Below are positions 50,523-62,553 of a stretch of 64,000 nucleotides of DNA, piece after piece; the first letter of the stretch is position 1, and each line of letters opens with the position of its first letter. The position numbers and the translations under genes are program-made. The notes beneath the pieces were generated by a model. It saw only the letters and a list, made by a program, of their open reading frames with translations, had not been told where the DNA came from and did not search any database. Origin of the DNA: Atractiella rhizophila (Eukaryota); contig MU271222.1 in assembly GCA_021432655.1 (NCBI GenBank), positions 41,519 to 105,518 on the forward strand, given 5' to 3'.

Positions 50523-53500
50523 CTAAACGTTGAGCTTTGATTTCATATCTTGTACAGCGGTATCAGGTTGACTGTCTTCGTCAATCATGAAATCATCATG
50601 CCCTTTTGCATCCTCTTCCACATCGTCTCGCTTCTCCACCTCTTCCTCAATCAAAGAATCCCTCTTTTCAGCCGCATCCGCGTCTTTGTCCTCCTTCTCG
50701 CCACTGGCCTTTACGATCACGCGTTTTAGTGTGTACTTCCGGTAAAGGAACACTGATACTCAGAAGTTAAAAGGAGTCTATTCAGCAGCTGAGAGGCTAA
50801 CGCACCAACAAGTGTCCCGACTACTGAGCAGGGAACCAGGAAGATCCAAACGGTAGTCAAGCTCTCTGCATAAGCATGAAGAACTTGTCGGCGTAGTTCA
50901 GGGGGCTACACAAATGGCTGAGCCATCACATCAAGAGGTAAAGTGATCACCAACCTGAATATGCACGAGGTCCCGAACATCGTTTCTGGCTGCGGCTCCA
51001 GTGGGTCCCACATAGTCTGGAATTTTTCCTAATCGTCTGGTGAGTTCATTGGCGTATATTGTCTGCCCTAGTGAAATTCCAATTGATCCGGCGAGTTGGC
51101 GGGCAAGTAGCAACGCAGTTGTGGAAGTGGCCATCTGAGATAGACTAGTCGCGGCGTTGATCGCAATCAAAGGTGCAACGAAAAGACCTGTTAGATGTTC
51201 CATGATCAGCTCTGTGTCGTGTGAGGAACGCGCAGGACATACCTCCGACGCCGAATCCTGCGATAAAGGGATAAAACTCCTTCTCAAACCTGGAAGATGT
51301 AGAATCTAACAGCACCATGGTTCCAACACCAACAGTCTGGATTACCCATGAAACCCAAGACACCCAGCGATACTGCAGGCGGCGTCAGTAGTGGTTGAAA
51401 ATTATAGAAAGCAAGCGCGTACGTCGCCCATTTTCGAAATGATTATCCCAGCAGCTGCACTGACAAGAGAACTGCCAACAGTGTAAGGAATCTGGATCAA
51501 AGTTATCGCTTGAATTGGAAGCTTAAACACAGAAGCCTACCTGCTCTAGAGCTGAAGTAGTGGCACTAGAACCGAGAATTTGATAGTAGAGGGGGAGATC
51601 TGTTCATTGATGAGGCAACGGATCGCGAGGAGGGGAGACACCCACAGTATGATACAGCAAAATACACAAGTGAGTGGATGAAAACTGATATCAAAACTGC
51701 AATAGTGGTTCGAGTCTGAGACAGACGGATGAGCAGAAGAAGACAGATAGACGAGGGAGTACCTTGAACAAACGTGGGGGCAGTATTGGCAATTTTGTCG
51801 TATATGCATCGTAAACACCCGTAAACAGTATTAATGACCCTCCGATCGCAATGGTTGAAATCGTTAAAGGATCGCTCCAAGTCTCTTCGGCGTGACTGTC
51901 ATTCTCAATAAGTTGGAGAAAGGGGTAGCTAGGAAAGCTCACTTGAATCCAAGCAGCAAAAGGCCGACACCAATTACAAGGCTTGCCAATCCGACGAAGT
52001 CGAAGCTTGCGAATTGCTCTTTCAAAGATTTCTTCGGCATGGGGTTCAAGTTGAGAAAAAGTACAAGGATGATGACGGACACAGCTCCAGTTGGGAGATT
52101 GATCTAGGACGGTGCAGCCTCGTTAGGTTTGACTTTGTATGACCAATGGACATACATAGAAACCCCATCGCCACGTCTACATAGGGTCGTCAATGCCTTC
52201 TGTCAAATGCAAGTAGAAACGTACCACGTGGTCTGCGAACACCTATTGGAAACGAAGATGAATGAGCTGGACATATTTTCGAAGACGCTTGGAAACGTAC
52301 CCCACCAATTAATGGGCCTGTGACAAAGTCAGAACATCAATAAGGCGACATAGAGATGACAAACCGAGAACGCTGGCAACCCCCCACATCATCCCAATAA
52401 TTCCAGCATAGTTGCCTCTCTTATCCAACGGGACAATGTCTCCTGTGATGATATTCGCCATGGTAAAGATACCTCCTCCTCCCATGCCTTGGATAGATCT
52501 GGCAACAATGAGCATTTTCATCGACTTGGCCGCTCCACAAAGTGCAGATCCTGTTTCGGATATTATCAGAATCGAATTTATAGCTGATTGGGACATGCAA
52601 ACCTAACATGAAGAGGCCGATCGCAAGAAATATCACTGGTTTCCGTCCAACGATATCTGAAATCTTTCCAAAGAGTGGTGTGCAACATGCAGATGCAAGG
52701 AGGTATGACGTTCCGACCCAGGAGTATAAATTAGCACCACCAAGGTCTCTCACGATAGCGGGAAGCGCGGTCGAAACTCTGACCATGGACTGAGCTCACA
52801 TTCTGCACTTCGATTGCAGAAGGACGCACAAGGTTTGATCCAGAGCTCCAAGAAAAACGGCGAGCACTAGCCTGCTCCAGTGTTTAGTTGTTAGACCGGT
52901 GCCTTTATCAATCAAAGAAGCAAGTGCATGTCAAGCAGAAAGGTGCATTTCAAATATAGATATGAGCAGTAGTCGTCTTTATCAATAAATAGAGCATGCA
53001 TCTGCCTGATTAGCAGATTATTTACATTGCAGTGCAATCGCACGTCTGATAATTTGCTTGCTTGCCAGGATATTGAACAGTGGGAACCAGAGGACAAATG
53101 AAAGAACTCGTGCAATATGGGGACGCGATCGAGACACCTGGCTTTAACTGCCAATTGTTGGTACCTAAAACTTCCCAAGCTCGGGTACCAATGCCAAACA
53201 GGAGATGCAGATATAAGTCCACGCAGATGAGCTGTTGTCAAATCGAGTCTCAGCAACCAGTAATTGTCAGCAAAGCGATTCCATTGCTCCGCTCTGCCTA
53301 CGAATATCCATACTCAACAGCAGATGCCAGATATGAGGTAATGTTTCATATATCCTCACTGCATCCAAGCCCCAACATGCTTTCAGTGCATGAGGGGCAA
53401 AATTCTTGTCGGAATGGCATTCCGCCGTTGCACGAAAGGAAGAACACCTTCATGTTTACAACATAGAGTTGCAAGAAGAAGGGTACGCACCCAGTGAACA

Positions 53501-53666
53501 CGATCCACATCCGATTCTTAGGCAAATGATGCTCCTCCTCCTTCCTCCCCTTCCAACCAGCGCCAGCTTCTGCACGTTTCTTCTTCCCGTCCTTCACAGC
53601 ATCCATCTTTTCATCCGTAACCTCAGCCGTTTCCAGGTCCTTATCTACAACGTCGCCACCAGCCAT
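50523..53666 (-). CDS. MFS drug:H+ antiporter (DHA2), paralog 2, with a 619-bp first intron
   Basis: KNRMWIV, LGALDQT, FGKISDIVGRK, QGMGGGG, DIVPLDKRGNY, WRWGFY.NLP, ILPPRLFK, RQLAGSIGIS. Intron 1 at 52872-53490. Confidence 0.93.
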
Positions 53667-55006
53667 AGCTATCCAACCAACCTAGCTTGCTTCGAGTCAA
53701 AATGGAGAGCCAAGGGGGCGTAAGGCATCGTGCCGGTTTTTATGTTTTTTTCCCCAGATTCGGTTTGAAATTCTGGTCGGCCGTGATCGAGTCTTCGACA
53801 TTTTCGCCTCTCCTCCACGAGCTCGAAGTTTGTGACAAAGCCCAACGGACTAGGTATGACGTTCCGACCCAGGAGTATAAATTAGCACCACCAAGGTCTC
53901 TCACGATAGCGGGAAGTGCAGTCGAAACTCTGACCATGAACTGAGCTCAAGTTCTGCACTTCGATTGCAGAAGGACGCACAAGGTTTGATCCAGAGCTCC
54001 AAGAAAAACGGCGAGCACTAGCCTGCTCCAGTGTTTAGTTGTTAGACCGGTGCCTTTATCAATCAAAGAAGCAAGTGCATGTCAAGCAGAAAGGTGCATT
54101 TCAAATATAGAAATGATCAGTTGTAGTCGTTGTTGATAAATAAGGATGCATCTGTCCGATTAACAGATTGTTTACATTGCAGTGCAGTCGCCAATCTGAT
54201 AACTTCCCTGCTTCGCAGGATAGTGAACAGTGGGGACCAGAGGACAAATGCAAGAACTCGTACAATATGAGAACGCGATCGAAACACCTGGCTTTAACTA
54301 CTAATTGTTGGTGCCTAAAACTTCTCAAGCTGGGCTACTAATACCAAATAGGGGATGCGGATAGAAGCCCACACAGATGAGCTGTTGTCAAATCGAGTCT
54401 CAGCAGCCGGTAAGGTTGGCAAGGCCATTGCATTCCTCTTTTCTTCCTACGAATATCAACACTCACGGTAGATGCCAGCTATGGGGCATTGTTTCATGTA
54501 TCCCCACTGTATCTAAGCCCTAACGTGCTTTCATGCACGAGCGCCTGTTGCAAAAATTCTTGTCGCAATGGCATTCCGCCGTTGCACGAAAGGAAGAACA
54601 CCAGCATGTTTACAACATAGAGCTGCAGGAGGAAGGGCACGCACCCAGTGAACACAATCCACATCCGATTCTTAGGCAAATGGTGCTCCTCCTCCTTCCT
54701 CCCCTTCCAACCAGCGCCAGCTTCTGCACGTTTCTTCTTCCCGTCCTTCACAGCATCCATCTTTTCATCCGTAACCTCAGCCGTTTCCAGGTCCTTATCT
54801 ACAACGTCGCCACCAGCCATAGCTATCCAACCAACCTAGCTTGCTTCGAGTCAAAATGGAGAGCCAAGGGGGTGTAAGGCATCGTGCCGGTTTTATGTTT
54901 TTTTCCCCAGATTCGGTTTGAAATTCTGGTCGGCCGTGATCGAGTCTTCGACATTTTCGCCTCTCCTCCACGAGCTCGAAGTTTGTGACAAAGCCCAACG
55001 GACTAG
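52701..55006. repeat. ~1.15-kb tandem duplication (52701-53851 / 53852-55004) of the promoter and 5' exons of MFS paralog 2
   Basis: Both units start AGGTATGACGTTCC and end CCCAACGGACT; there is a 2-nt AG microhomology at the junction. Confidence 0.95.
53740..54820 (-). pseudogene. Truncated 5' copy of MFS paralog 2
   Basis: The exon-1 peptide is identical. The frame runs from WVGTSYL into duplicated promoter sequence and stops at 53740. Confidence 0.85.
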
Positions 55007-55562
55007 ACGGCGAAACGAGAATTAAGAGACACAGTATTACAATACGTTAGCGTATGCAGCAGGGCTAGTGGGTCGTCACCGGCTTCGTTTGTATCCACTG
55101 GCCGTGATTCGAGCGAGCTCGAGCAAGGGGAAATAGCAGGAGGTTGACGGATGACAACAAGTTAATGATCAGGTAATAATCGTGATGCACGTGTTGTACG
55201 ATATGGAGTCTGTACGTTTCTCCATTCGTGACTGGGAAGTGGAAGTCTGCGCTTGACGGGGTCGCAGCCATTGGCAAGTCGCAAAGAATTAAGCGTGCTG
55301 TGTGACAACAAGTAATAGTGCTGTATGATATGTCTCGTCTGCTTACACACCATCCGGCGGAGCAATGGATGTTTTTTTATTAAAACATCTGCCCCTTGCT
55401 CCTTGTAGCCTTAACTTACTTTTTATGACCATATGATACGGCTGCACTTTACGCAGTCTAAAAAGCTGTAAACGCACCTTCTGAGGTGGGGTAAAGTCGA
55501 GACACTCAAACCTGCAGAGCTTTGTCTTGCATAAAGCTGTGGTAGGCTGATTCTTCCTGTAG

Positions 55563-56975
55563 GATTCAACGTCACTGCCGCACTTCCCGTTTCTGGGACT
55601 CCCAACAGAACTTCAAATACACATCATCGCTTCTCTCCGAACCGATCGTTCTCCGCCCATTTCATCACCTTCACCATCATCAACTTTCCTTGCTCTCAGT
55701 CTTGTCTCCAAGCATGTGAGAGAGATTACTGTGCCGTTCCTTTTCCACGAAGTTCGCATCCCCAAATCACTGGAGGATGAAGACGAGAATATCGGGCAGC
55801 CTAAGCCAATAACTTCTGTTTTGCCTACTGATTGCGTTCTCGCAGCCAAATCTTTGTCAGTTCGGTTGCGCGTCAGGCATCTGACTCGACCTGGATATCT
55901 GCATCATCAAATATCTGAGCTGCTTTCTTTTCCCGGCAGCAAGTTTGAATCCGTCAGGCTTCTTGTCGTGGAAGAACTAGTCAATGTGCTCAATGAGTAC
56001 CAATCGAAATCGATCGACGAAGCAGTGACTCCAATTTTTTCCATACTTCTAACAAGGCCTGCGATACAAACGTTAGATCTGGAGATGGGAGGAGGGCCGT
56101 ATCAGACTGTTGCCACATTCTTTGCTAAGCGACTTGCAACGTTGGACTTGAACCGTTCTATCGATACACTCGCCTTAAGAGGACCCTACACAGAGGGGGC
56201 AGATCTCATCACGACTTATTTTCCAGCTTTAAAACCTCTCCACCTGGATTCTTCACATTTTCCACAATCCGATTTTGGATCTAAACTTCCTATCAGTCGA
56301 GTGTTGCCATCAATACGAAACTTGGCGGTTGTCCTTAACCCTTTTGACTCGGAAGAGAACCGATGGGGTCTACGAATCATCAATATGATACATTTACAGG
56401 GTATACTAGATGCGTTGGCAGGGTCTCTCGAGTTCCTTTCCATCCGTCAAATCCTCAATTTTGGAGAATTGGACGCTATACTGGACTCGAAACCGTTAAG
56501 GAAGTTGAAAACTCTAGAGCTGATCGATGCACCATGGCTCAACCAAGGGTACAGCTATCCCCGAAGCGAGTTTCCACCTCTGGACCTCATCCTGCAACAC
56601 TTCTCGTCATCTTCGGCAGAGACTCTCTTCTTGGATCAGCTTCCTACGCTTGGTCCACCATACCCCTTGGACTGTCCACACCTCCCCGACACCTTCGATA
56701 AGACATTCCAACCCCGAAATGAAGCTCTCCGTTTCGAAAGAAAGTTTGCTCTGCTCCGTCACATCCGGTCACGGTTTTGGGAATACGTCTTACATGCTTT
56801 GAAGCATCAGAAGATGAGTGGGGGATGGACCGAGCTTAGGAGAGTGCGGTTGGGACCTTATGCTAGTAGGATGGTTTTGACGGATGGAAGGAGTAAGACG
56901 TTCTTGGAGAATTTGGAGGAAGTTGGAGTGATGGTTTCCGTTTATCAGCAGTCTGAGATGGCGCTCAAGATGTAG
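55563..56975 (+). CDS. F-box / LRR-like protein, paralog 1 (first exon not resolved)
   Basis: FPFLGLPTELQIHII...LALSLVSKHVR F-box; LRR-like LxxL segments; splice acceptor at 55562. Confidence 0.8.
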   Translation, partial: DSTSLPHFPFLGLPTELQIHIIASLRTDRSPPISSPSPSSTFLALSLVSKHVREITVPFLFHEVRIPKSLEDEDENIGQPKPITSVLPTDCVLAAKSLSVRLRVRHLTRPGYLHHQISELLSFPGSKFESVRLLVVEELVNVLNEYQSKSIDEAVTPIFSILLTRPAIQTLDLEMGGGPYQTVATFFAKRLATLDLNRSIDTLALRGPYTEGADLITTYFPALKPLHLDSSHFPQSDFGSKLPISRVLPSIRNLAVVLNPFDSEENRWGLRIINMIHLQGILDALAGSLEFLSIRQILNFGELDAILDSKPLRKLKTLELIDAPWLNQGYSYPRSEFPPLDLILQHFSSSSAETLFLDQLPTLGPPYPLDCPHLPDTFDKTFQPRNEALRFERKFALLRHIRSRFWEYVLHALKHQKMSGGWTELRRVRLGPYASRMVLTDGRSKTFLENLEEVGVMVSVYQQSEMALKM

Positions 56976-57186
56976 ACATACTGTAGTGTTAGATGTCCTT
57001 TCCTATGGTTGGAGCGTGATGTGTGCAAAGCAATATTACTGAACCTTGGCTTAGCATTGTATTTTAGCAAACTCACGTGCCTCTTGATCGGGAAACAGCC
57101 TAACCAGAGTCACGAACGTCATCCCTCCGCCGCAACGAGATCAGTCCGAGTAAACACACCAGCAACAACCAGCAAAGCAAAGCACG

Positions 57187-59016
57187 ATGATATCCCTCCT
57201 CACGCTCCTGCCCTTCCTGCCCCTAATCGCCTCCCTCCCGCCACCCAACCAACACCCGCTCTCCCTGCCCACCCCTAACCTCTCACCTGAACTCTCCAGC
57301 CTCGCCCTCGCCCACGCTGAGGAGCTCAACGAATGGCTAGCAACCAACAGCCAGCCTGCACTTGTCGAGTTTGAGGGTGGAGAGAGGAAGTGGACGACGG
57401 AGGGTGGGAAGGCTTGGTTGGTCATGGAGGGGAGGAAGTTTGTAGACATTACCCCAACAGCAAAAAGGGGTGAAGAGTTGGTTGAGGGGAAGAAGAGCTT
57501 TAAGCTCGCTGAGAGCTATGCGGACAAACTGCGTGCGTCTTTCCTTTCTATTACGCGTTGCGTGAGAGCAGCGGTCCAAGACTATCGAACTTATTCTTAT
57601 TGCTTTCTTTCCTTGTCTGTTTCTGTTTGGAACAATGTAGGGGTCAACTACAAACCCTCCGACCTGTCTCCAGCCTTCGACGCGATTCCAAACGAATCCC
57701 AAACCCTCGAATGGCTGAGGAAGTTCACGGCTTTCCGTACGCGTCATTACAGGACGAGCACCGGCGAAGAGGCGTCCAAGTTCCTCCAGGCGCATTTGAA
57801 GGAGGTCATCGCGCAGGCTAACATCAACGATTCCCTCAGGCCCACCGTCGAGGGGTTCAAACATTCGGGATGGGGACAGGAGAGTGTTGTCGTCAAGTTC
57901 CCTGGGAACGAGGTATGTCTTCTTGTTATAGAATGATGGAAAGGTGGTTTCTGGTTTTCTGGTGTCTGATGTGATGTGTGGTAGGATAAAGAGAAAGTGA
58001 TAGTTGGTGCCCATCTGGATAGCACAAACTTCCTCCCCTTCCTCCCCGCTCCAGGTTCGTCCATTCCCTCCTTCCTCCAACCTCCAACTCGAACCTGAAT
58101 TGAACGCTGTGAACAGGAGCAGACGACGACGCTTCCGGCACCACGTCCATCCTCGGCGCGTTCCACGGCCTCGTCGGTCTCTTGGAGAGCGGATGGAGCG
58201 TGGAGGACCAGGCGGCGGTCGAGTTTCATTGGTATTCGGCGGAGGAGGGAGGGTTGTTGGGCTCTAAAGATGTTGCGAGGAGTTATGTCAGCCGAGGGGT
58301 GCAAGTAAGGGGAATGGTTCAGGTGAGCATCTTGGTTTTTGTTTTTGAGGAGTGGTTGTTGCCATATTATGAACACGATGTGGATGAACGTCCTTCTAGC
58401 AAGACGGATTTGCTTTCTTTTGATCATTCGTTCCTACGAAGTAGATGTGGAGAGCAGAGTGCACGCTATGCTTGGCGGACAATGCTGACAGTGATTTGGA
58501 TTTGGATAGATTGACATGACGGCCTTCGTGGACGATGAGAACGATGAAACGATCGGTATCTTTGAGGACAACGTGAATCCCCACTTGACAGACTTCATGG
58601 AGAAGATCATATCCACTTACTGTACGCCTTCCTCCCTCCTCACGTTCACTCCGCTGCTCGAGACTATACACCCTATTGGTGCTTATTGATTATTTTGGGG
58701 ACAGCCGACGTCAAGTCGAAGCGCACAACCTGCGGGTACGGCTGCTCAGACCATGCGTGCGTTCTTCCTTCCTTCACCTACCCCTCCTCGCCTTCAAACA
58801 GACAAGTTGCTGACTGTACGCCTGGGCAGGTCCTGGAACAACGCCGGAGCTCCAGCGTGCGCAATCACGGAGAACGTGATGGAGCGAACCAACAAGCGTA
58901 TCCACTCTGGCGGAGACACCGTCGATCAGGGCGGGTATTCTGTCAAGCATGTGAGGGAGTTTTCGAAGATTGTGGCTGCTTGGGCGGTCGAGTTGGCCGG
59001 GTGGAAGAAAGAGTAG
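57187..59016 (+). CDS. Secreted M28 leucine aminopeptidase
   Basis: Signal peptide, FRTRHY, IVGAHLDS, GADDDASG, FHWYSAEEGGLLGS, QIDMT, CGYGCSDHASW. Confidence 0.94.
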
Positions 59017-59163
59017 ATGGTTCTTGGAGGATGTCTGTTCTGTTTATTTATGTGATGAACACAGAGCCAATTTATTACTCTTTGCATTACTATTACGGGT
59101 ATATTTCAGGATCGCACGTGCCAGCACAGACACTAAATAGTTCTCTTTCCGTATGTTTCTCTC

Positions 59164-60588
59164 TCAGTGCTTAGAGCGCTTAGATCTGAAGGAACAAATC
59201 CAACCCTTTGGCGGAATCTCTGGCTCTGCATAAGTGGAAACAGAGATGCCTAGACCCTTGAGAACAGTGAACCATTTGAGCGCGACATCTTCATCAGACG
59301 AGAGGGTGTCGCTTGCATACTGTCCGAAACGAAGCCGTTCGAGTTCTTGCCATCGACCTGTGCGCTTCTCGTGAGCTAGTGTATGCATAGCATACTCCCA
59401 GAATTGAAACCGAATGTCACGTAGCGGCGAGAAATGGAATCCTAGGGTTTTGGGACGGCCAGTAAGAGCGATTTCCCAGTCCGCTTGAAGATCTGGATTT
59501 GGGTTAGGTGATGGTACCTGATCTAGGAACAGGGTGGATGCAGAAGATGTAGCGAAACAATCAAGTCCAAGGATCCAATCGATCGGTGCGAGCTGATGCA
59601 CAAACGTTGCGCGATCGATCAATTCCAAAGTTCTCAAGTTGGACAATTTTGGATAATCATACTTCTCGTCCACTTTGTGCAGTTGAAAAATGCGTTGAAT
59701 GGAGAGAAATTGCAAAGAGGCAGCAAATAAAGCCAGCATGTCGCATAGACCGCTCCACCGCAATTCTTCGTCATCGTTCACGGTAGCACAAACAGTAGAA
59801 ACGATCTCTAGCGCTTGTATTGGTGGAAAATGGGTCAGTGAAGTTTCTGATGTAACGGCGCCATCAAGGGAGCTAGAGGAATCCAGACGAAGAGATCGAA
59901 GGGATGGAAGACACGATGCAATGTCACACGCTCCCTCGAGATCGCATCCCCTCAGCACAAGATCGGTGATAGAACTGTTCATATTGAGGCTTTCGAGGTG
60001 ATCGTTGAAAAAGTACAAGGACGGCTGTCCATACTCGCTTTGCATCTCCAGCTGAAGCTTGCAGACCGATCGTGCCGACCACACGGAAAGAAAGATATGG
60101 TTGACGAGATTTCTTCTGCTATTCACATATGCATCAGAGTGTGAATCTACGTCTTCTATCAGCTCTTCTGTAACAACTAGTCGGACGAATGGAATCTCGT
60201 TCGTGGAGAAAGTAAGGACCTCCTGTAACTGCTGATGTAATCGCAGTGGCTGCCACAAGTGACAACCTCGCAACTTGACTGTAAAACGCGTCGCTGCAAG
60301 AACGCATTCCAAAGGTAAGATAGAAAATGAAGGTTCAGTGTCATAATCCTCGAAAGATCTGTCATGGCGCTTCTTCCATGCAGGGAGAAACAGGTCCTGA
60401 AATAGTAAGGGTATGATAAGTGTGCGCATATGTTTGGAGACAACGCTGAGAGCTAAAAGGTTGGTCTTTGGGGACGGAGGTGAGCGGATAGAAGGTGGTT
60501 GGTGTAAAGTCATAAGGATCTCGATTTGGAGTTCTACTGGTAGGTCAAGGAATCGAAAAGAAAAGGTTGACACAGAAGGTTTTGCTTC
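59164..60588 (-). CDS. F-box / LRR-like protein, paralog 2 (first exon not resolved)
   Basis: FRFLDLPVELQIEIL...LALSVVSKHMR; shares CVLAA, LxTLELID, TLFLDQ, FWEY and GxWxEL.R with paralog 1. Confidence 0.82.
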   Translation of the reverse strand, partial: EAKPSVSTFSFRFLDLPVELQIEILMTLHQPPSIRSPPSPKTNLLALSVVSKHMRTLIIPLLFQDLFLPAWKKRHDRSFEDYDTEPSFSILPLECVLAATRFTVKLRGCHLWQPLRLHQQLQEVLTFSTNEIPFVRLVVTEELIEDVDSHSDAYVNSRRNLVNHIFLSVWSARSVCKLQLEMQSEYGQPSLYFFNDHLESLNMNSSITDLVLRGCDLEGACDIASCLPSLRSLRLDSSSSLDGAVTSETSLTHFPPIQALEIVSTVCATVNDDEELRWSGLCDMLALFAASLQFLSIQRIFQLHKVDEKYDYPKLSNLRTLELIDRATFVHQLAPIDWILGLDCFATSSASTLFLDQVPSPNPNPDLQADWEIALTGRPKTLGFHFSPLRDIRFQFWEYAMHTLAHEKRTGRWQELERLRFGQYASDTLSSDEDVALKWFTVLKGLGISVSTYAEPEIPPKGWICSFRSKRSKH

Positions 60589-62553
60589 CTGCGCAAACGT
60601 CAGCCAGACCTATTGAGAGATATTATGCATAAAGCACAGCGGGGGAAACAGCGCAGAGTGGCAATAAGAGTTGTTAGAGAAATCAGGAATTCAGGAGACG
60701 CAATTATGCTAACTCATACCACTGAAAGATCATTGGGATATTGCCTGGAGATCAAGAGTACCTCCCATAGCATAACGGAGCAAGACCCTTCCTTTCGTCG
60801 ACAAGTTATATGCTAAGCATTGACTAGTTTGTCATTTCATGTCAAACGTTCCGTCCACGAGTTTGTGTAAGACCAATCGACATCAAGCAAGAACATTGAC
60901 AAAATGAACCAACGCAGTTGACATACGCTGCGAACAGGAGAAGCAACAGCCCGATTAATATTAGAAAGACACGAACTTCTTGCCCCTTCAGAGATCCATC
61001 GTCAGAGCCATCGCATTCAGTCTCCATCCCTTCTTAGCCCGGTCCTGCACCAAAAAATTGTTGCTTTGTTCCCCAGTTCTCTTTGTTGCATCAGTGCAGC
61101 ATCACGTGAACACCCCCTCTCATTCTGGGCAGCGGGACTCCTCTCCAAATTTTGCGTGGAAATTGACTACTGAAGGCGTGTGGAAAGTGAATAGCCCGTG
61201 TTATTCCATGGACGGGGGACTGAAGAAAGCAAGGCGAGTATTGTGTTTATTCGGGAGATAGTGGTAAACAACCACGATCATAAACTTACTGCATTGAAGC
61301 TTCAACAGGCAGGGATTGATGGTTCTCTCAAGTTCTGCAATTCAATTCTAATCTCCTTCTTGTTGTAAGTTATCACGTCTGTGTGCGGGCGAGGTAATTT
61401 CTATTTGGATCACAACTACATTCATAGCCTACTATATATGGAAACCCTCTTGCAATCCAAACAATGGGCGGCTACCATCAGTGTGCACCATTGATTGTCG
61501 CATCTGGACGATGATGATGATCCACATTGTCGAATGCAGCTAGGTTTCTCATTTAAGCATGGGTCTGAAGGATTTCCTTTCGCCGGGGTCTTATCCCCTA
61601 TATCCAAGGTGCTGTGCGAATTGAAGGACAGGGTTGAAGAATTCAACCATGAATCACTATGAATTTACTCCTTGTTTTGATTGACGTGATTCTCAGTCAT
61701 TAACCATCTGTGATTGCTACTTTTCATCTTGCGTACCTCTGTTCGCTCTGTGGCTGTAGGTTCCAGCACCACAGTAGGACATGTCTTGCAGCTATAGTAT
61801 CCTTTGTCGAGAATGACAATATGGGTGGGTGGCCTTTCGGCTTTAAAAGGATAGAACCGTAGACCCACGAACGTTCCCTTTGACGATATGCAACTTATGA
61901 CCAGCCTTGCGCTAGCAGAGAGAACGAGGACGTTCGTCCGATTCACTGCTTCAGGAATGCTCGAGTCTGACCTGAGATCGTCTGAGCCTTGGTTGAGGCA
62001 CTGATTGAACCTTTGTTAACTTTTCCGAAACCATGCTCTCCAGGGCACACGTCCTTCTGCCACAAGGGAACAAGGGAGTGGTGGTGGATGGAGGACGGCG
62101 GAAAATATCGTTCGCCTCCAGAACCTGTCAACGTCCGACCGACATTTTGCCTTCTCCATTGTTGTTCTGGAACTGTTTCCGCGGTGTGGCACTTCCCAAG
62201 TAAGACCGTGTGTTATTCAATAGTCCGCGCCCCTTAGCTTCCTTTGCAAGGGAAACTGGGATGAGCCCGCTGTCCCCACGTCTCTTGCTCTCGTCCGAGA
62301 ACAGGGCACGGATGAACTGAAGTGCAATAGCTCATTGTTTGCATTTGGACTTGGCGACAGCCGAGTACTGACAGCGATGGCATAGCATTAAGAATGCTCT
62401 AGGGCGAGTGGCTGAACGTTCAAGATAGGGCGAGGACGATGTTTAAAACAACTGTTGTTCCCTCCATCCACCTTCACACCCTCTCTCGTCTACCACAGCT
62501 CAGCCAGGATCGATATTTCTCCTGTGCTGCCTTCAAGGCGCCAACACAATTCA

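Noticed and set aside
52912..53466. Nested protein-coding gene in the long MFS intron
   Set aside because: The duplicate copy has stops or frame breaks in these frames, and substitutions show no clear synonymous excess.
58323..58510. 188-bp aminopeptidase intron as a snoRNA host
   Set aside because: No convincing C/D or H/ACA boxes with closing stems.
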